64,000 bases of DNA from the human T2T-CHM13v2.0 reference genome, Homo sapiens, in NCBI RefSeq assembly GCF_009914755.1, contig NC_060933.1. One strand, given 5' to 3'. Made by a program: the position numbers and the translations under genes. This document shows, piece by piece, positions 55,161 to 64,000 of the stretch. The notes under the pieces were generated by a model. It was not told the origin of the DNA, did not search any database, and saw nothing but the letters and a program-made list of their open reading frames with translations. The first letter of the stretch is position 1. Each line of letters begins with the position of its first letter.

Positions 55161-56356
55161 CCTTATTTTATCTTCTGTTACTTTATAAAACCTACCTTAT
55201 TTGGAGATTAATAATAAGTTTTGCACCAAGATGTCTTTTACTTGAGGGGAGTGTCACAATATAGTCAATGATGTGTTGATTTCCTCTCAATTTATAATGC
55301 AATATTGCCTTTAACCTCAAACTTCAAAATCATCATAATTTTATGCCTTTACTCATAAAATCACAGAACCATAAAACTAGAGAGAAAGAAACCTTCAAAA
55401 GTCATTTAGCTCAGGTTTCACACCTGCTAGCAAAATGATGGGCATGATAAAATATCTATTGTGTTTTAATGATTCCCAAAAAGAAACTCTAGCCTTTCCT
55501 TAAATGACTGATCCATGAAATGTGTCATTTAAGTCACCTCCTATAGAAAATGGACATTTACAGGAAAAATGATTTCCTTTTTTTTTGACATCAAACTATT
55601 GTAGTTGTCCTCACTTATTATATTAACAACAGTGGAAGACATGACATTTAACAGGAAAGATAAGATTCACAAGCAGGAAACAATTAAACTATAATGGGGC
55701 AAAATTAAATGAAGTTATCTTTTGAGAAACAGTGAAAATAGATTATAATTTTAGATGTGATGGCAAATTCTTGACAGTGTTCACTCTGTTACAATTTCTG
55801 AATCAGTTGTTTCACTAGCTGTTCATGGCAAAAAGATTCCATCAAGTTTGGTACATGCTTCCAAGGGGATATGCACAAAAATTCCTCTCCAGTAAACAAA
55901 CAACACATTTTCTGGCAGGTGATCATAACCATATTGTTTTGATTAAATAGGTACTTTGTTCATCAACAGTTCTTAGATGTATTAAGAGTATTTCATAGCT
56001 AACACTATGTAGCTTAAAGTTCTGCACCTACAATCTTGCTACTAGAGAGGTGCACTTTGTTTTCTACTTGATAACATCTATGCAAAACCAGGAAGATTTT
56101 CCCAAAAGGTAGAAATAAGACAATTACATTAACTGGAAAAATCGTTGAGCAATAAAAATCATTTTAATTGAAAATCAAATGATGATTCTTCTACCTGAGG
56201 ATTAGGATTCCATTTGCAATGACAAAGAAAATAAATCAGTTAAACATAATCCATATTTAATATCTATGAAAATTCAGTAGCCAAAATTAGATAATCTTTT
56301 GTTTACTTTTATCACATGACAGATCAACATTCTCTACTAGTAAGAAAACTATTTCT

Positions 56357-56666
56357 GGCCAGATTTGGTGGCTCACACTGTAATCCTTTGGGAGGCCGAG
56401 GTGGGCGGATCACTTGAGGTCAGGAGTTCAAAATCAGCCTGGCCAGCATGGTGAAACCTCGTCTCTACTAAAAATACAAAAAATTAGTCAGGAGTGGTGG
56501 CGGGCACCTGTAATCTCATCTACTTGGGAGGCTGAGGGAGGAGAATCACTTGAACTGGGGAGGCAGAGGTTGCAGTGAGCTGAGCTCATGCCACTACACC
56601 ATTGCACTCTCTAGCCTGGATGACAGAGAGAGACTCAGTCTCAAAAAAAAAAAGAAAAAAAAAAAA
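56357..56666 (+). mobile_element. Full-length AluS (Sx/Sz-like)
   Basis: Alu dimer with long poly(A); TSD aagaaaactatttct (56342-56356) / aagaaactatttct (56667-56680). Confidence 0.96.
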
Positions 56667-57679
56667 AAGAAACTATTTCTTCTAATTCATTACAACTACC
56701 AAGCCACTGTTCAAGAAAGTTTTGACTAAACACTTCTCTATAAAATGGCTAAGATCTGGAACCCAAAATTTAGAAGGCAGGAGTTAGACTTGGCCAAACT
56801 TTTCAGGTAATTTTACCTTGGCATTACTTTGATTGGAATTTGCCAACCCTTATTAACTGGTTTATGAAGGCTGTTGGTTGTGATACAACTTTGTAACTAT
56901 AAAGCCCCCCAAGGATGTCAGTTTTTATTTTAATTATTCAAGTTATGAACTCATATAATTGCAGAAAAAGACTAAAGGAAGAATTATCTTACTTCTCTTT
57001 TGATGTTCTACAAAAAGTAGCTGTTTTTATTTAGTAGTTCTCAAACCTGTTTATGCATCTGTGTACCTAGAACACATGAGCTCTCTGTAGAAGAGCATAA
57101 TGTAAATACCTCATTTACATTCCACCATAAAACTAAAATAAAAAAATATATATATATAGCTGAAATGAATATCTCTATGCAATAAATAATATCTAATACT
57201 AATTGAAAATACAAACATTTTAGGAATCCATAAATAAATAACATTAACCAATTAAGTAAATCTAATGTAATGGCTGAGGAAGAATGACAAGTAACAGGAA
57301 ATTGCTTGACTTAAACAATTAAAAACTTATTAATTTGGTCATCTGCTGGCCCATATCATGAAGACTTAGAAAAATATTTTTGGATAAAGAGATTAAAATA
57401 GAGAATATTCTAGCCATTATTAGCTTTTTATTTCTTTCTGAAAATCAAGGAATTACCATTGTTTACTTTTAAAAGCCAATATTTGGACCAGTTCACAGAA
57501 AACCAATATTGGCCATTAATTTGAGTACATCTGGTCTATGTACTCAGTGGTTCTACGTAAGTGATATATCTCACTGTGTAAGTGATAAGGATATTATGAG
57601 ATTAAAAAAATCAAAATAAATTAAAGCAAATAATGGAAGAAAAACACTTTACTCATCTTTAAAATAACTAAAATTTACC

Positions 57680-57940
57680 AAACATTTGTTAACTATCGAG
57701 CACTGTTTTTAAGTGTATTACATGTATTATTTTTTGATTTGTACTGTAATTATATAAAGTACATTAAGGGGAAATTTATATTTATATATAACAAAATCAT
57801 ATATTTTTCATTTCTATTTTATATACTTCAAAACTAGGGCACAGTGAGATTAAGTACATTAGGCAAAATCCATAAAATCTTCAGTGGTGGAACCAGGCTT
57901 TGAATCTAGAATTTGCCTTCAGGGTCCACGCTTTTTTAAA
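57680..57940 (-). mobile_element. MIR SINE
   Basis: gcactgtttttaagtgtattacatgtattat...aaactagggcacagtgagattaagtac...gtggtggaaccaggctttgaatctaga. Confidence 0.75.
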
Positions 57941-58419
57941 TACATAAAACACCTTCCAGCTCTGAAGACTTTGGGTTTTAGATAGTCTCATTATCCTTTC
58001 TAGATGTGAAATGCTTTACTTTTATGGAGACTTTATTAAGGATTCCCAAATCTAGCTTTTGGTAGTTAAATGACCTGTGGCTTTACGCAACATTTCTTCA
58101 TTTAAACTTTATTCATTTAGTTGTGTAACAACGATGTGACAAATATCCATAGTGTGCCCCACTACAGGTCCTTGTTTCTGAGAAAGGTTGTACTGGTTGA
58201 CTATACCATGCTAAGGCTTAACTAAAACCATGATGCAAGCCTAGTGAACACCAAAAACATAGCAATCATGTTTTTCTCTCTCAGAGAGAATTATAGACTG
58301 AACTACTGATTTGACACAGCTTGGCCTTGAAAAACACAAGTAGAAATTACATTTACTTTGCTTTGACAGCAAGAACCTCAGAAATAGATTCTGGTTCTCC
58401 TCAATTAACTTTTTCTCCT

Positions 58420-59045
58420 ATCTTTTTATTTTGAAAAACTTCAAATCTACTGAAAATATTTTTTAAAAAATAGTACAACTTACATCTCTAAATGTTTACC
58501 TGTATACAACACTAATATTTTGCCACATCTGCTTCATCTCTTTTTCTCTCTTTCTGAATATGTGCGTGCATGTCTGGGTTTGTGTACGTCTACACAAAAT
58601 TATACATATTTTATGTGAGAACCATTTGAAAGTAAGTTGTAAATAGTATGGTATTTCATCCTGAACACTCTGGCATGAATTTCTTAACAAAAAAGGACTT
58701 TCACCTATATGTTTACAATACTATTATCTCAAGAAATATAACAATACCACTTTACCAATTGTCTCAAGAGTATCCTTTATAGCTATTTTCCTCCTGGATT
58801 TTTTAAATCCAGGATCCAAAAAGGGGCATATATTGCATTTATTGGCATGCCCTTTATTACCATTAACCTACAATGGTTTTCCCCACGTTGAAATTTTACC
58901 TTTCATCACAACTGATATTTTTGAAGTTTTGAGGCCTGTTACTTTTTAGAATATCCAACAATTTGGATTTGTCTGCTTGTTTCCTTTTTATTAGATTCAG
59001 GTTAAATATTTTGGCAAAATAATTCCAGAAAGGTGCTATTGACTT
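58420..59045 (-). mobile_element. L1MC4/5-like 3' end
   Basis: ttttattttgaaaaacttcaaatctac...gaaccatttgaaagtaagttg...ccaggatccaa...tttggatttgtctgcttgtttcc...ttagattcaggttaaatattttggcaa. Confidence 0.8.
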
Positions 59046-59817
59046 TACTAACTTTTAAGATTCTCTTATTTGAATGTGTGTGTTTTAACATACCTCTGGT
59101 TTTTCTAATCGATCTTTATATTTCCTGGTCCTAATGCTTAATACATTTATGTATTCATTTCATTTTGCATTTCCTTGTTAAAGCCATTCACATTTCATTT
59201 AACAGAAGAGGTATTAATCAATCAACTGGCTCTGACATTTCATGTTTTATATTTTCCAAAAAAAATCAACTAACAATAAAAGTATACCAAGAATATTAAA
59301 CCCTTTCACTCCGAGTATTTTTTAAACCATGTTAACATAACTCTGCTGGGTCTATGGACTAATATGGCAGTAGTCAGTGGCATTGCTACTCTTCTCAATA
59401 ATAATGTCTGCACAGTGATTTGCGATTTTTAAGACATTTTCATATACATTATGTCATTTATTAAGACCTCTCAGAGAGTCATGCCTACGATATAGTATTA
59501 TTATTATTATTTTTATTTTATTTTTATTATACTTTAAGTTTTACGGTACATGTGCACAATGTGCAGGTTAGTTACATATGTATACATGTGCCATGCTGGT
59601 GTGCTGCACCCATTAACTCCTCATTTAGCATTAGGTATATCTCCTAAGGCTATCCCTCCCCACTCCCCGCACCCAACAACAGTCCCCAGAGTGTGATGCT
59701 CCCCTTCCAGTGTCCATGTGTTCTCATTGTTCAATTCCCACCTATGAGTGAGAACACGTGGTGTTTGGTTTTTTGTCCTTGCTATACTTTACTGAGAATG
59801 ATGATATCCAATTTCAT

Positions 59818-62521
<2,704 letters not shown>

Positions 62522-63109
62522 TAATAGGAGAGTGAAACAAGGGTCTATTCTAAAATGACATGTCCAAAGGCATATGGATAATATGTAGTAGCACTGAACT
62601 TAACCATAAGTACTAGAACTGAAAATTTGGTGCTCAGTTTGGTTTTTATTCTCCACCACATCATATTATCCTTCAATAGTGATAATAAGAAACCTTCCCA
62701 AATGACACAAAACACCTCATTAAAAAGTCAGCTATATTAACAATCTTTTCCAGGAAATTTCATACACAGCTAGATTCTACATGTTTCTTCCAATTACCAC
62801 TGAAATTTGTGCCTTTTTTTCCAGTCATTCTCACATCATCTATGGGTTCCAGTTGGTTGAAGGCATTTCTGCCTCATTAGTTTTTAATTGGCTCACACTG
62901 ACACTTTTGCAAACAACCACCCTAACCTACACCCCTCTTTGTAGAGTTCCATGTCCCCCAGAGCTAACATGCTAAGTATGTGTAGAAATGGTTGACTTTA
63001 ACATCACCACTGTGAGTAGATCTGGGTAAAATGTAAAGTATTGTTGGACTTGGGAATTTCTGAGGAAAATATATTCTGGAATTGCTACTGTGGCAATTGA
63101 CTAGGAAAA

Positions 63110-63295
63110 CAAAAAGAAAAAAAAGTGGTAGAAACAGCTAGACAGGGAATCAGAAAGCCTATGTGTATAACTCTGATAAATTACTAAATTTCTTTGAGCT
63201 ACCAGTTCCTAGTCTTCCTAATACTTATTTACTTAAATAAAAGAATGCCATTGAACTTAAATTATCTCTAAGTTTCCTGCCAGCTATAAGATTCA
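63110..63295 (+). mobile_element. MIR3/MIR fragment
   Basis: gtggtagaaacagctagacagggaatcagaaagcct...ttgaacttaaattatctctaagtttcctgccagctataagattcaatga. Confidence 0.65.
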
Positions 63296-63370
63296 ATGAT
63301 TTTATTGACGATGTATTAGGGATAATGTAAATAACTTTGAATGAAATTGAACTCTGCCCTTAGAAGAATA

Positions 63371-63467
63371 TTCTTTTTTTCTCTCTTTTGAGACTGAGTC
63401 TCGCTCTGTCGCCAAGGCTGGAGTGCAGTGGCACGATCTTTGTTCACTGCAACCTCCGCCTCCCAGG
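63371..63467 (-). mobile_element. Alu 3' portion, interrupted by LTR5A
   Basis: tttgagactgagtctcgctctgtcgccaaggctggagtgcagtggcacgatc...aacctccgcctcccagg, then an abrupt switch to LTR sequence. Confidence 0.93.
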
Positions 63468-64000
63468 TGTAGGGAAAAGAAAGAGAGATCTGACTGTTAC
63501 TGTGTCTATGTAGAAAGGAAATACATAAGAGACTCCATTTTGAAAAAGACTTGTACCTTAAAGAATTGCTTTGCTGAGACGTTGTTAATTTGTAGCTTTG
63601 CCCCAGCCACTTTGACCCAACCTGGAGCTCACAAAAACATGTGTTGTATAAAATCAAGGTTTAAGTGATCTAGGGCTGTGCAGGATGTGCCTTGTTAACA
63701 AAATGTTTACAAGCAATATACTTGGTAAAAGTCATCGCCATTCTCTAGTCTCAATAAACCAGGGGCACAATGCACTGTGGAAAGCCGCAGGGACCTCTGC
63801 CCTTGAAAGCGGGGTATTGTCCAAGGTTTCTCCCCATGTGATAGTCTGAAATATGGCCTCGTGGGATGAGAAAGACCTGACCGTCACCCAGCCCAACACC
63901 CGTAAAGGGTCTGTGCTGAGGGGGACTGGTGAAAGAGGAAAGCCTCTTGCAGTTGAGATAGAGGAAGGCCACTGTCTCCTGCCTGCCCCTGGGAACTGAA
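63468..64000 (+). mobile_element. HERV-K(HML-2) LTR, LTR5A-type, runs off the window end
   Basis: tgtagggaaaagaaagagagatctgactgttactgtgtctatgtagaaagg...gactccattttgaaaaagac...gccgcagggacctctgcccttgaaagcgggg...cccgtaaagggtctgtgctgagg. Confidence 0.93.

Overview
AT-rich, repeat-dense primate genomic DNA, most consistent with human or another hominoid (AluS/J, L1PA3-like, HERV-K LTR5A, THE1, MER52, MLT2A). I cannot support any protein-coding gene, CpG-island promoter or RNA gene. Every long ORF in the track comes from an Alu, a GC-rich LTR, a microsatellite or disrupted L1 ORF2, so the window is intergenic or deep intronic. I found no novel gene system. The most unusual signal is structural: up to three short segments appear copied from 1-2 kb away into a nearby site. 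(1) A ~440-bp Alu-plus-unique-flank segment is duplicated in inverted orientation (19371-19810 vs 20525-20994, ~95% identical), with a 13-bp target duplication and an AT-rich filler. (2) A ~250-bp unique segment (45817-46069) is copied into the (TA)n tract of an MLT2D LTR (43958-44206), next to an AT palindrome. (3) A 22-mer is echoed 976 bp away. Also present: a candidate orphan poly(A) retrocopy inside an MLT1 LTR, a twin-primed inverted L1, an LTR5A inserted in an Alu, and several hairpins or palindromic arrays. Repeat subfamily names come from recalled consensus sequences, not a database search, and boundaries of old repeats are approximate.
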